This document shows positions 1-10,346 of a stretch of DNA of 64,000 nucleotides, piece after piece. The position numbers and the translations under genes are program-made. Position 1 is the first letter of the stretch; every line of letters starts with the position of its first letter. The DNA lies in assembly GCA_016285085.1 (NCBI GenBank), contig JAEEQA010000001.1:23608-87607 (forward strand), written 5' to 3'. The stretch is from Bacteroidales bacterium. GTDB taxonomy: Bacteria; Bacteroidota; Bacteroidia; Bacteroidales; WCHB1-69. The notes under the pieces are model-generated. The model worked only from the letters and a program-made list of their open reading frames with translations, made no database searches and was not told the DNA's origin.

Positions 1-1
1 G

Positions 2-3000
2 CTGATTACTCCGGAGAGTGTGCAAGGGAATTCACCCTGTCCGGATGCCCCGACGGTTACCGACTATGACGGCAATGTTTACAATACCGTCCAGATTGGC
101 AACCAGTGCTGGATGCGCGAGGACCTCCGCTCCACCCACTTTGCCAACGGAACCCGCCTGACCCCCTATGTGGATCCTTTTGTGGGAACCTACCAAGATG
201 GTCAGTATCGTGATTTGAACATTCCGTATTATGTCCATTTCCGTGCCGATTCCAATGCATACGTCATGTACTCCATCGCTGCCGCATTGAACGGATCTTA
301 TGATCACGGCACGACGGCTTTGCGCGGTATCTGTCCTCAGGGTTGGCATCTGCCCTCCTTGGAAGAATGGCAGACACTGACTTCTTCCTATTCTCTGGAT
401 CAGCTGCTTGCTTCCGGCTCCAACACCACCGGTTTCTCCGGCATTGCAATGTCGTTTGAAAACGAGGGCGGCAACCTCCGTTATCTTACCGCTTCCTATG
501 ACCTTAATAATACGGGAATCTATTTGTCAAATGGAGCCCTTTATGGTGAATTAACCCATTCTTACGATAGCCAAACATCATCTTATGCGGATAATTACAA
601 CATTGATTTCCATCTGGTAAGATGTGTCAAGGGTGAAGGTGTACTTACCATACCTACCGTGGAGCTCCTTAAGGAATGCGACACTTGTTTCGAAATTCAC
701 CCCTATGTGGATTCAGCGGCCATCGTCAATTGGAAGTCTTATACTGACGGCGGTAGCATGATTATCGACCAAGGTGTCTGCGTGCACGCTGTCGATCTCA
801 ACGACCCGAACTTTTATCAGTGGGATGAGAATTCCATCACAATGGAAAACAGTATGGTGTTCTCCAGCTATAGTACAAATCTGGGCGAGATGGAGATTGA
901 AGTCACCGGCCTTGCCCCCAACACCACCTACTATGTGCGCGCCTTCGCCACCAACGCCAAAGGCACGGCCTATAGTAACTTAATCCTCCAGATGAACACA
1001 CCGGAGCGTATGGGACAGCCCTGTCCGGATGCCGCCACGGTCACCGACTACGACGGAAATGTCTATGCCACCGTCCAGATCGGCAGCCAGTGCTGGATGA
1101 AGGAAGACCTCCGCACCACCCACTATGCCAACGGTACGCTGATCCAGCGCCTTACCAACTATGCGAATATGCAGGACGGCTACGCCTATTACTATAGTAC
1201 GGCTCCTCTGAGACCCACGTTCGACTATATCCCCGGCAATACTCAATATGCGGGTCTTAATCTGCCGACTGAACAACAGCCCACCCAGATTTTCTACTTC
1301 GCAGATGCAGTGGTCAACGGTTCGCATGACCCCCAATCACCAATGATTCAGGGTGTGTGTCCGCAAGGATGGCATGTGCCGACTTTGGATGAATGGGGAG
1401 AACTTTACGCGTATCTTGGCAATGATTATCTTTCCAAACTTTCGGTTAATGGCTCCAATGTCACAGGTTTTGATGGAAGCGGTGGTTGTGGTAGGTCTGA
1501 ATACAATGGGGAGCTTATCACCAGTGTAGCCAACGATCCTTTTTACTTTTGTTACTTTTCTTCTGATGTAAGATCTTTTGGAGGAGATCTTTATTTGATG
1601 ACGAACAATTCTGAAGTAACTCTTTTCAATCATTATGCTGAGTTGGTGCGCTGCATCAAGGGTGACGGTATTACGACGCTGCCGAGTACAAAGGTCGTGA
1701 CCGCTGCCGACGTCACCTCCACCACAGCCAACCTCTGGGGCGAGAACTGCACGGACGGCGGTTCCAGCCTTACCTCCTACGGTGTGTGCTGGAGCAGCGA
1801 GAACCAGCAGCCCACCACGGCCGACAGCTCCCACAGCTTCAACAGCGATTACATCGGGCGCTACTACTACATGGCAGAAAATCTGCTGGCCAACACGACC
1901 TACTACTTCCGCACCTTCGCCACCAATGCCAACGGCACCGTTTACTCTGATTCGGTGATTTCCTTCACCACCCCGATCATGATGGGTCTTCCCTGCCACG
2001 AAGCCGCCATCGTGACCGACTACGACGGCAATGTCTATAACACCGTGCAGATCGGTAACCAGTGCTGGATGAAGGAAGACCTTCGCACCACCCATTACGC
2101 CAACGGTACAGAAATACACAGTTTCACTTCATTTAGAGAGATGTTGGAGGGTTATCCTTACTATTATAATGAAAATCAAACCTATACATTCCAATCCAAT
2201 GTGCCTACCAACTATACTCCCACCAACAATGTGCCCGGTACCACATACGGTCAGCAGGCTTCTACGGGATATTTCTATTTCGGAGATGCCATCGTCAATG
2301 GCTCGCGCAACCATGGTGTGGAGCAGCTGCAAGGTGTGTGTCCGCAGGGATGGCACGTGCCCACTATGGCGGACTGGCAGGAGATGTTTGATTTGTTGGG
2401 CGAGAATTACCGCGATTTGATTTTAGCCAGCGGCTCCAATGCTTCCGGTTTCAGTGGCAACGAGCAGTATGCCCGTCCTACAAATGGCGGCCTGATGATT
2501 GAACAAACACCGTTCCCCTACTCAAGTTCAGAGGTGTTCTATATGAATGGCATCTGTTATTTGAAGGAATGGAATGGTTCCGGCAACAATTTCATGCAAA
2601 TTGGCAACTTGGTGCGTTGCATCAAGGGTGACGGCATCACGACTCAGCCGCAGACAAAGGTGGTGGCCGCAGCCGACATAACCCCCACCACCGCCAACCT
2701 TTGGGGCGAGACCTGCACCGACGGTGGTGCTAGCCTCACCTCCTATGGCGTGTGCTGGAGCAGCGAGAACCAGCAGCCCACTACAGCCGACAGTTCCCAC
2801 AGCTTCAACAGTGATTATGTAGGACGGTATTACTTCCAAGCAGGAAACCTGCTGGCCAATACCACCTACTACTTCCGCACCTTCGCCACCAATGCCAATG
2901 GCACCGTTTACTCCGATTCGGTGATTTCTTTCACCACCCCGATCATGATGGGTCTGCCCTGTCCTGATGCCGCCATCGTGACCGACTACGACGGCAACGT

Positions 3001-4789
3001 CTATAACACCGTACAGATCGGCAACCAGTGCTGGATGAAGGAAAACCTCCGTACCACGCATTACGCCAACGGAAAAATCATCAACCAGCATTACGCCGCC
3101 CAATATTATCCCCGTTATTACGAACTCCGCAGAACCACCGACGGCTATCTGTATCCTCTTGTTACCGCGCTGAACGGACTGCCCACCAACGAACCCGCAC
3201 AGGGCATCTGCCCTGATGGATGGCACGTTCCCTCTTTTGCGGAATACCAGACGCTCTTCAATACGTTGGGAGGAAACGAAGAGGCGCTTTCACTTCTGAA
3301 AGCCACCAGCCGTTGGACCACTCCCGGCACCAATGCCAGCGGCTTCGACTTGCTGCCCGTCGGTGAGTACTACTATGGCAATTTCTCCAACGAAGGTACG
3401 CTCCTCCAGACCTCTACACTTGCCTACAAATGGATGATTTATGACAATGAGATTCATGAAACGGGAGAAAGCAGCCCAACAGAAGATTTCGGTTCCGTAC
3501 GTTGCATCAAGGGCGATGGTCTGCCCAATGTTCCCACCGCCAGAATCATCTTTGTGGACAGCGTGGCCGCTACAACCGCCCAGGTGAACGGCGAGCTGCA
3601 GTACGATGGTGGTACCAACATCACCAAGTGGGGTGTGGCTCTCGGCGTGGAACCTTTCCCGACCGATGAAGTCACCTTCACCAACGATACCAACATCGGT
3701 GGCAGACAGTTCCATTTGGAGAACCTGACACCGAACACGCACTACTATGTGCGCATCTTCGCCACCAACGCTGCCGGTACCAACTACAGTGAAAACATGG
3801 AGTTCACCACACCGGAGATGCCTACCAGCCCGGTGACAGGCCCCTGCCCCGACGCTCCGATTGTGACCGACATGGACGGCAACGTCTATAACACCGTGCA
3901 GATCGGCAGCCAGTGCTGGATGAAGGAGAATCTCCGCACCACGCTCTTCGCCAATGGTATGGAAATTGATCCTGAAAACGGCAACAATCCGGCCAGATAC
4001 ATGGAACCCGATGCCAACTACCGCTATGGCTACACGGTCGGACGCTACGGATTTTTCTATAACTATGCCGCGGCTACCAACAATGCGCCGCACAACCATA
4101 GCGAAGCGGTACAGGGCGTTTGCCCACAGGGTTGGCATCTGCCGAACCGCAGCGAGTGGCAGACCCTGTATGCTACCGCCGCATCTTACGGAGATGCAGC
4201 CGCCGCGCTGACCGAAAACAGCGCGTTTTGGGCCGACGGACGTGAGCATACCAACATCACTGGCTTCTCCGCACGTCCAGGAAGCTATGCCTACGCCTCC
4301 TACGACACCACCGGCAATGCAGGATTTGGCAAAACTTTCTATTATGCCACAGCTGATTTCGACAGCGAGGCAATGGTGGCGGAAATGTATTACGCAGCCA
4401 CCTGCATTAACGGGCAACTTGACTTCACTTCGATGGCTACCAATATTTACATGCCGGTGCGCTGTATCAAAGGTGAAGGCGTCGCCTCTTTTGCCCCGAC
4501 CCTTGAAATAGAATACCGCGGAATTACCACCTCTGAGGTTTCAATTATGGGAGAATATGCCGACAACGGTCATTACATCACTGATTTTGAACTCTATATG
4601 GGTACCAATCCCAATGATATGGTGCAAGCCACATACGGCACTCCATACTATGGAGGCGGACAGTGGAACTATTTCTGGCTCTATAATTTGACACCGAATA
4701 CAACCTACTATGTGCAGATGTGTTTGATCTATGACAATGCACAACGAGTGTGCGTGGAGGGTTCCTTCACCACTAAGTCGGACGACTAG
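2..4789 (+). CDS. Partial giant surface/secreted repeat protein (5' end outside window). It has five tandem modules, each a FISUMP domain (Fibrobacter succinogenes major paralogous domain, TIGR02145-like) followed by an Fn3/Ig-like module.
   Basis: The frame is open from the window edge. Codons 2-19 (LITPES) match the inter-module linker TPE..PCPDA. There are five copies of TDYDGNVYNTVQIGNQCWMKENLRTTHYANG ... CPxGWHxP..EW ... VRCIKG, each followed by a GVCWS...TTYYFRTFATN module. TAG stop is at 4787-4789. Confidence 0.85.
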   Translation: MITPESVQGNSPCPDAPTVTDYDGNVYNTVQIGNQCWMREDLRSTHFANGTRLTPYVDPFVGTYQDGQYRDLNIPYYVHFRADSNAYVMYSIAAALNGSYDHGTTALRGICPQGWHLPSLEEWQTLTSSYSLDQLLASGSNTTGFSGIAMSFENEGGNLRYLTASYDLNNTGIYLSNGALYGELTHSYDSQTSSYADNYNIDFHLVRCVKGEGVLTIPTVELLKECDTCFEIHPYVDSAAIVNWKSYTDGGSMIIDQGVCVHAVDLNDPNFYQWDENSITMENSMVFSSYSTNLGEMEIEVTGLAPNTTYYVRAFATNAKGTAYSNLILQMNTPERMGQPCPDAATVTDYDGNVYATVQIGSQCWMKEDLRTTHYANGTLIQRLTNYANMQDGYAYYYSTAPLRPTFDYIPGNTQYAGLNLPTEQQPTQIFYFADAVVNGSHDPQSPMIQGVCPQGWHVPTLDEWGELYAYLGNDYLSKLSVNGSNVTGFDGSGGCGRSEYNGELITSVANDPFYFCYFSSDVRSFGGDLYLMTNNSEVTLFNHYAELVRCIKGDGITTLPSTKVVTAADVTSTTANLWGENCTDGGSSLTSYGVCWSSENQQPTTADSSHSFNSDYIGRYYYMAENLLANTTYYFRTFATNANGTVYSDSVISFTTPIMMGLPCHEAAIVTDYDGNVYNTVQIGNQCWMKEDLRTTHYANGTEIHSFTSFREMLEGYPYYYNENQTYTFQSNVPTNYTPTNNVPGTTYGQQASTGYFYFGDAIVNGSRNHGVEQLQGVCPQGWHVPTMADWQEMFDLLGENYRDLILASGSNASGFSGNEQYARPTNGGLMIEQTPFPYSSSEVFYMNGICYLKEWNGSGNNFMQIGNLVRCIKGDGITTQPQTKVVAAADITPTTANLWGETCTDGGASLTSYGVCWSSENQQPTTADSSHSFNSDYVGRYYFQAGNLLANTTYYFRTFATNANGTVYSDSVISFTTPIMMGLPCPDAAIVTDYDGNVYNTVQIGNQCWMKENLRTTHYANGKIINQHYAAQYYPRYYELRRTTDGYLYPLVTALNGLPTNEPAQGICPDGWHVPSFAEYQTLFNTLGGNEEALSLLKATSRWTTPGTNASGFDLLPVGEYYYGNFSNEGTLLQTSTLAYKWMIYDNEIHETGESSPTEDFGSVRCIKGDGLPNVPTARIIFVDSVAATTAQVNGELQYDGGTNITKWGVALGVEPFPTDEVTFTNDTNIGGRQFHLENLTPNTHYYVRIFATNAAGTNYSENMEFTTPEMPTSPVTGPCPDAPIVTDMDGNVYNTVQIGSQCWMKENLRTTLFANGMEIDPENGNNPARYMEPDANYRYGYTVGRYGFFYNYAAATNNAPHNHSEAVQGVCPQGWHLPNRSEWQTLYATAASYGDAAAALTENSAFWADGREHTNITGFSARPGSYAYASYDTTGNAGFGKTFYYATADFDSEAMVAEMYYAATCINGQLDFTSMATNIYMPVRCIKGEGVASFAPTLEIEYRGITTSEVSIMGEYADNGHYITDFELYMGTNPNDMVQATYGTPYYGGGQWNYFWLYNLTPNTTYYVQMCLIYDNAQRVCVEGSFTTKSDD

Positions 4790-4810
4790 CCTTTCAAAAT
4801 TACAATGAGA

Positions 4811-4844
4811 AAAACGGGAGTTGGAAACAGCCCCCGTTTTTTTT
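4811..4844 (+). terminator. Rho-independent terminator candidate downstream of the FISUMP giant.
   Basis: AAAACGGG..(loop)..CCCGTTTT stem followed by a T-run (ccccgtttttttt). Confidence 0.6.
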
Positions 4845-4874
4845 ATTTGTCGTACCTTTGCCGCCCGTTCTATT

Positions 4875-6194
4875 ATGAAAGAATCCTTTTACAACAAGCT
4901 GAAAAATCTGGTCGGGACACCCGAAAGCCGTACATTCCTGCTCGCGGTGAGCGGCGGTGGCGACTCCGTGGTGATGACCCGTCTCTTCCACTCGTGCGGG
5001 CTGAAGTTCGCTATCGCCCACTGCAACTTTCACCTCCGCGGCGATGACTCCGACGAGGATATGCGGTTTGTACAGCAATTGGCTGCCGACTATGGTGTTC
5101 AACTATTTGTAAAAGAGTTTGATACGTTAACCATCCAGAAAAATTCCGGAAAATCGGTGGAGATGGTGGCCCGCGATCTCCGCTACCAATGGTTTGAGGA
5201 GGTGGGGCAGCCGTTCGACTTCATCGTCACGGCCCACCACGCCAACGACAATGCCGAAACACTGCTGCTGAACCTGTGCCGCGGCACCGGCCTCAAGGGA
5301 CTGACCGGCATCCCCGCCCGCAACGGAAAGTACATTCGCCCCTTGCTTCCCTTCACTTCCGACGAACTCCGGCAGTATGCCATCCGCCACAAGCTCGCCT
5401 TCCGCACCGACCAAACCAACTTCTCCGAACAATACCAGCGCAACAAAATCCGGCTGTCGGTCCTTCCCAAACTTGCCGAAATCAATCCCGAGCTCATCCG
5501 TACTTTTAGCCAAAACACTGACCGTTTCCGTCAGCAGTACGACTTCTACCAACGGCAAATCGCTGCCTTCGAGCGGGAAATGGTCGCCAACGATGGCGAA
5601 ACCGTGCGGATTTCCATCCCAAAGCTGTCGGAAAACCCCGATAAGGAACTGCTTTTGTACGAATTTCTGAAAAAATACAACTTCACCGCCGCTGTAATCA
5701 AAACCATTGGACAACGACTGGACGGCGAAGCCGGCAAACTCTTCTTTTCCGACACCCATTGTCTTTTAAAAGACCGTGAATTTCTCGTTGTCAAAAAGAA
5801 AGAAGAAAAAAGCGAGGACGAAATCACCGTTACCTCATGGGAAGGGTTGGAAGAGCTCGGTTTCTCGGTGGAACCGCACGAGGTGAACGGCTCCGTGCCG
5901 TTTGAACGCGACCCCAACATCCTCTATGTGGATGCCGCGAAAATCGCCTTCCCCCTCACGCTGCGGCACTGGCGCACCGGTGATGCATTCCAGCCCTTCG
6001 GAATGTATGGCACGAAAAAGCTCAGCGACCTCTTCAAGGATGCAAAAAGCAGCCGATTTGCTAAACAAAAGACGTGGCTTCTTTGTTGTAAAGAACAAAT
6101 CGTGTGGGTCGTGGGCCTCCGCTCCGACCAGCGCTTCTGTATTGACTTTGACACGAAACAATTTTATAAAATCAAATACCATGGACGAATTTGA
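4875..6194 (+). CDS. tilS: tRNA(Ile)-lysidine synthase.
   Basis: PP-loop motif LLAVSGGGDSVVM. Length and C-terminal domain are typical of TilS. I prefer the ATG at 4875 to the upstream start in the track. TGA stop. Confidence 0.85.
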   Translation: MKESFYNKLKNLVGTPESRTFLLAVSGGGDSVVMTRLFHSCGLKFAIAHCNFHLRGDDSDEDMRFVQQLAADYGVQLFVKEFDTLTIQKNSGKSVEMVARDLRYQWFEEVGQPFDFIVTAHHANDNAETLLLNLCRGTGLKGLTGIPARNGKYIRPLLPFTSDELRQYAIRHKLAFRTDQTNFSEQYQRNKIRLSVLPKLAEINPELIRTFSQNTDRFRQQYDFYQRQIAAFEREMVANDGETVRISIPKLSENPDKELLLYEFLKKYNFTAAVIKTIGQRLDGEAGKLFFSDTHCLLKDREFLVVKKKEEKSEDEITVTSWEGLEELGFSVEPHEVNGSVPFERDPNILYVDAAKIAFPLTLRHWRTGDAFQPFGMYGTKKLSDLFKDAKSSRFAKQKTWLLCCKEQIVWVVGLRSDQRFCIDFDTKQFYKIKYHGRI

Positions 6195-6681
6195 AATGGA
6201 AGAAATGGAACAGCCCGAGTTCATAGAGAATGAAGACAGGCAGCCCAAACGCTCCGCTTTTCTGTTGGCGCTTTGCATCTTGACTTTCATCGGTTCGGGA
6301 TACAGTTTCCTCTACTATTTGTTGCTGCCGCTCGCAAAAGCGCAACTTCCTGAAATGATGGAATTGTATAAAAACTTCTTCAAAGACGAGGCGATACGGA
6401 ACCAAATGAGTGAGATGCTGAACTTTATGGCGACGGTGCCCTCATGGAAATATCTGCTCGTGGCGCTTGCCTTCGTCGGCAGCGTGACAGGCGCAGCCCT
6501 GATGCTGAAACTTCGGAAAGAGGGTTTCCATGTGTATGTCGTCTCGCAGATCCTCATTTTTGCCCTGCTCAGTTTCCTTATCGGAGGAATGTTGAAGCCC
6601 ACCATTAATGATATTCTTTGGACAGTGACTTTTATCTTGTTGTATTACTTGCAGTTGAAAAGGTCAAATGTCAAACTCTGA
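6181..6681 (+). CDS. Hypothetical integral membrane protein (about 4 TM segments).
   Basis: ATG at 6181 overlaps the tilS stop by 14 nt. An acidic N-terminus is followed by hydrophobic helices (FLLALCILTFIGSGYSFLYYLLL...). The longer ORF from 5902 overlaps tilS and is not preferred. Confidence 0.55.
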   Translation: MDEFEMEEMEQPEFIENEDRQPKRSAFLLALCILTFIGSGYSFLYYLLLPLAKAQLPEMMELYKNFFKDEAIRNQMSEMLNFMATVPSWKYLLVALAFVGSVTGAALMLKLRKEGFHVYVVSQILIFALLSFLIGGMLKPTINDILWTVTFILLYYLQLKRSNVKL

Positions 6682-8560
6682 ACGTATCCACCAGATTTTA
6701 AAACAATACTGGGGGTACGACGAGTTCCGGCCCTTGCAGGAGGATATTATCCTGTCGGTGCTGGAAGGCCGCGACACAATGGCGCTGCTGCCCACCGGCG
6801 GCGGGAAGTCCATCTGCTTCCAGGTGCCCGCCCTCGCCTTGGGCGGACTCTGCATCGTCATCTCCCCGCTCATCGCCCTGATGAAAGACCAGGTGGAGAA
6901 CCTGCGGAAACGGCACATCAAGGCGTGCGCCATCTTCTCGGGAATGAACCACGAAAGAATCAGCGATACCATTGACAACTGCCTGTTCGACAAAGAGATG
7001 CGGTTTTTGTACGTTTCTCCCGAACGGCTCAAAACCGACCTCTTCCGCATCAACCTGCAACGGATGCCCGTGAAGATGATTGCCGTGGACGAGGCACACT
7101 GCATCTCCCAATGGGGCTACGACTTCCGTCCACCCTACCTTGAAATCGCCGAGATACGCAAGTATTTTCCCAAAGTGCCGGTTCTGGCCCTCACAGCCAC
7201 CGCCACGCCCGAAGTGGTCAGCGACATCCAGCAGAAGCTGAAATTCCCGAAAGAGAACGTCTTCCAGAAAAGTTTCAAACGCGACAACCTCACCTACTAT
7301 GTAATTGAGGAACAGGACAAACAGGGGCGGATGCTGCGGATCATCAACCGCTACCCAGGCACCGGCATCGTGTATGTGCGCAACCGCCGCAAAACCCGCG
7401 AAACGGCCGAGTTCCTGCAACGGCACGGCATCAGTGCCGACTTCTATCACGCCGGCTTGGACGGTCCCACCCGCGACCGCAAGCAGCAGGAGTGGATGGA
7501 CGGAAAGACCCGTATCATCGTGTCCACCAACGCTTTCGGGATGGGTATCGACAAACCCGATGTCCGTTTCGTCATCCACATCGACATTCCCGACACGCTG
7601 GAAGGCTACTTTCAGGAGGCGGGCCGCGGCGGCCGCGACCTCAAGCCCTCCATCGCGGTGATGCTGTACGATGACAGCGACGTGCGCGAACTGTACCGCA
7701 ACTTCAAAACCGCCTTTCCGCCACTTGAGTTCATCCAACAGGTTTACAAGGATTTATGCAACCATTTCCGCATTGCGATGGGCAGCGGCCGCGATGAAAG
7801 TTATCCTCTCGACATTGCCGAGTTCGCCCTTCAGCGCAACTACAACCCGCTGGAGGTGTATAACGCCATCCGCCTCATCGAAAAGACCGGCGCCATCCAG
7901 TATGACGAGGGAAGTTACACGCCCGCAAAATTGATGTTCACCGCCACCCGCACGGAGCTGGAGGCGTATGAGGCAGAACCTCGGTACGCCCGCGCCGTGC
8001 CGTTCATCCACCTGCTGCTCCGTTCCTACAGCGGCTTATTCAGCGACTACGTCATCATCGACGAGAAGGAGATTGCACGGCGCGCCGAATGTTCCCCGCA
8101 GGTGGCGGTGGACCGCCTCAACTACCTCACCCGCATGGGAATGGTTGATTACCAGCCCGCTACGTCGCTCCCGAAGCTCCTTTTCGTCACCGACCGCGTG
8201 GACGAAAAGCACCTCTTTTACGACCCGTCGATCTATTTCAAACGGAAAGAGGTGGCGGAAAAACGATTGCAGTCGGTGGTGCGGTTTGTCAAAGACGACC
8301 GTGTCTGCCGGAGCCGGCTGCTGCTGGCCTACTTCGGGGAAACCGAGAGCGAGGCGTGCGGCAAGTGCGACAACTGCCTGAAGAGGGAGAATGCCACGGT
8401 GAGCCGCGAAGAGTACCGATGCATCGCCGAAGCCATCCGCAAGGTGCGGCGCGAGTGCAACGGCATCAGGGACATCGTAACCCGGCTGTCGCAATTCAAC
8501 GAGGAAAAGGTGGTGCGTGTGGCGCGGGAAATGAACGACAGAGGGGAAATAGAACTGTAG
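6668..8560 (+). CDS. recQ: ATP-dependent DNA helicase RecQ.
   Basis: Motifs LLPTGGGKSICFQVPAL, VDEAHCISQWGYDFRPPY and a Zn-finger region CRSRLLLAYFGE..CGKCDNC. 630 aa. Confidence 0.9.
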   Translation: MSNSERIHQILKQYWGYDEFRPLQEDIILSVLEGRDTMALLPTGGGKSICFQVPALALGGLCIVISPLIALMKDQVENLRKRHIKACAIFSGMNHERISDTIDNCLFDKEMRFLYVSPERLKTDLFRINLQRMPVKMIAVDEAHCISQWGYDFRPPYLEIAEIRKYFPKVPVLALTATATPEVVSDIQQKLKFPKENVFQKSFKRDNLTYYVIEEQDKQGRMLRIINRYPGTGIVYVRNRRKTRETAEFLQRHGISADFYHAGLDGPTRDRKQQEWMDGKTRIIVSTNAFGMGIDKPDVRFVIHIDIPDTLEGYFQEAGRGGRDLKPSIAVMLYDDSDVRELYRNFKTAFPPLEFIQQVYKDLCNHFRIAMGSGRDESYPLDIAEFALQRNYNPLEVYNAIRLIEKTGAIQYDEGSYTPAKLMFTATRTELEAYEAEPRYARAVPFIHLLLRSYSGLFSDYVIIDEKEIARRAECSPQVAVDRLNYLTRMGMVDYQPATSLPKLLFVTDRVDEKHLFYDPSIYFKRKEVAEKRLQSVVRFVKDDRVCRSRLLLAYFGETESEACGKCDNCLKRENATVSREEYRCIAEAIRKVRRECNGIRDIVTRLSQFNEEKVVRVAREMNDRGEIEL

Positions 8561-8670
8561 TCAATGCACAAATGAATATTTATAAGAATAAAAAATGTTT
8601 GCGATAGCAAACCCAAATGCGAGCATAGCGAGCAAAATTATACTTATCTTTGCGCCCAAATATTGTAATT

Positions 8671-9624
8671 ATGCAACCTCTTGTATGTAACGACTTTAAG
8701 GATACCCGTTCCGGTTTCGGTGCGGGCTTGTTGGAAGCGGGCCGCCGCAACCCCAATGTTTTCGCCCTCTGCGCCGATGTAATCGGAAGCCTCAAGATGG
8801 GTGATTTTATCAAGGAATTTCCCGAACGGTTCATCCAGACCGGCATTGCGGAAGCCAACATGATCGGCATCTCCGCCGGCCTCGCCCTCAGCGGCAAGGT
8901 GCCGTTCGCCGGCGCCTTCGCGGGCTTCATCTCCGGCCGCGTCTATGACCAGATCCGCATGGTGGCCGCCTACTCCAACCTCAACGTGAAAATCGCCGCC
9001 TCCCACGCCGGCATCACCGTGGGCGAGGACGGCGCCACCCACCAGATGATGGAGGACCTCGGCCTGATGAAGATGCTCCCGAACATGGTGGTGATCAACC
9101 CCTGCGACTACAACCAGACCAAGCAGGCCACCCTCGCCGCCGCCGAGTACGTCGGACCCGTCTATCTCCGATTCGGCCGCCCCGCCGTTCCGAACTTCAC
9201 CCCTGCCGACCAGCCGTTCGTCATCGGCAAGGCCCTGATGCTGAACGAAGGCACCGACGTCACCCTCATCGCCACCGGCCACCTCGTATGGCACGCCCTC
9301 GAGGCCGCCTACGAACTCTCCCAAAAGGGTGTCAGCGCAGAAGTTATTGACATACACACTATTAAACCCCTCGACGAAGAGACCATCCTCCGCAGCGTAG
9401 CCAAAACCCGTTGCGTGGTCACGGCCGAAGAGCACTTCCGCAATGGCGGCCTCGGCGACAGCGTCTGCCAGCTGCTGGGTCGCAAACTCCCCTCCCCCGT
9501 CGAGATGGTGGCCGTGGACGACCACTTCGGTGAAAGCGGCAAGCCCGCCGAACTGATGGCCAAGTACGGCCTCGACACCCCGCACATCGTAGAGGCCGCC
9601 CTCAAGGTGATGGCCCGGAAATAA
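8671..9624 (+). CDS. Transketolase family protein, C-terminal (pyrimidine-binding plus C-terminal domain) subunit of a split transketolase.
   Basis: FGAGLLEAGRRNPNVFALCADV..FPERFIQTGIAEANMIGISAGLAL..; about 317 aa from the ATG at 8671. A TAtcTTTG promoter box lies just upstream. Confidence 0.8.
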   Translation: MQPLVCNDFKDTRSGFGAGLLEAGRRNPNVFALCADVIGSLKMGDFIKEFPERFIQTGIAEANMIGISAGLALSGKVPFAGAFAGFISGRVYDQIRMVAAYSNLNVKIAASHAGITVGEDGATHQMMEDLGLMKMLPNMVVINPCDYNQTKQATLAAAEYVGPVYLRFGRPAVPNFTPADQPFVIGKALMLNEGTDVTLIATGHLVWHALEAAYELSQKGVSAEVIDIHTIKPLDEETILRSVAKTRCVVTAEEHFRNGGLGDSVCQLLGRKLPSPVEMVAVDDHFGESGKPAELMAKYGLDTPHIVEAALKVMARK

Positions 9625-9633
9625 CCTTTGGGA

Positions 9634-10209
9634 ATGGACGAACCCTTTGAAGCACGGCCCGCCCCGCAGGATGAAGAGATCCTGTCGCTCTTCAACGACG
9701 AGAAGACGAAAGAGCGGGGGTTCCGTATGCTGATGAACAAGTACAGCCGCTACGTTTACAGCTATACCCGCCGGTTCGTCTATTCGCACGAGGACGCCAA
9801 CGACCTCACACAGGACGTGTTCGTCAAGGTCTGGCGCTTTCTCGGCAGCTTCCGCGGTGATTCCAGCCTCAAGACGTGGATCACCCGCATCTGCATCACC
9901 ACCTGCCTCTCTTTCCTGAAAAAGAAGAAGGAAGCCCTCGCCCTCGGTGACGACAAGTTCACCGACCACCTTTGGAACGTGGCGGCGCAGGAACACTACT
10001 TCTCCGCCGACCGCCTGGAGCAGTGGCTGCAAGAGGCCATCATTAAACTACCTGAAAAGCAACGCATTGTCTTCACCCTCCGCTATTACGACGAGCTCCC
10101 GTACGAGGAGATGTCGAAAGCGCTGGACACCTCCGTCGGTGCCCTGAAGGCCTCCTACCACTTCGCCCGCGAAAAGGTGGAGGATTATTTGAAGAAGAAA
10201 ATCAATTGA
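9634..10209 (+). CDS. RNA polymerase ECF-type sigma-70 factor.
   Basis: Region 2 (HEDANDLTQDVFVKVW) and region 4 (LPEKQRIVFTLRYYDELPYEEMSKALDTSVGALKASYHFAREKV). About 191 aa. Confidence 0.85.
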   Translation: MDEPFEARPAPQDEEILSLFNDEKTKERGFRMLMNKYSRYVYSYTRRFVYSHEDANDLTQDVFVKVWRFLGSFRGDSSLKTWITRICITTCLSFLKKKKEALALGDDKFTDHLWNVAAQEHYFSADRLEQWLQEAIIKLPEKQRIVFTLRYYDELPYEEMSKALDTSVGALKASYHFAREKVEDYLKKKIN

Positions 10210-10226
10210 TTCCAAAAACACCAAAC

Positions 10227-10255
10227 GTAGAGACGCCATATTATGACGTCTCTAC
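10227..10255. repeat. GTAG-capped palindrome, GAGACG family.
   Basis: GTAGAGACGcCATAtTATGaCGTCTCTAC lies between the sigma gene stop and the next gene's promoter. Confidence 0.7.
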
Positions 10256-10346
10256 AAATCGGGATTTTTCCCAAAATATCTTAAATTTCACGGGGCGTTT
10301 TCGTAAAACGACTATTTTTGCAAACGATTTTTACAAAATAAAGAAT

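Noticed and set aside
4821-4874. Upstream extensions of several track ORFs using TTG/GTG or early ATG starts: tilS 4821, transketolase 8650, sigma 9628, 10206, MoxR 15337, HD 22713, metG 26536, mce 28377, rsmE 36895, SIMPL 46774, methyltransferase 56232, 58602, C25 59838.
   Set aside because: In each case the extension overlaps a promoter box, a terminator or palindrome, or the preceding gene. A downstream ATG gives an N-terminus typical of the family (signal peptide or conserved first motif). Start assignments remain predictions.
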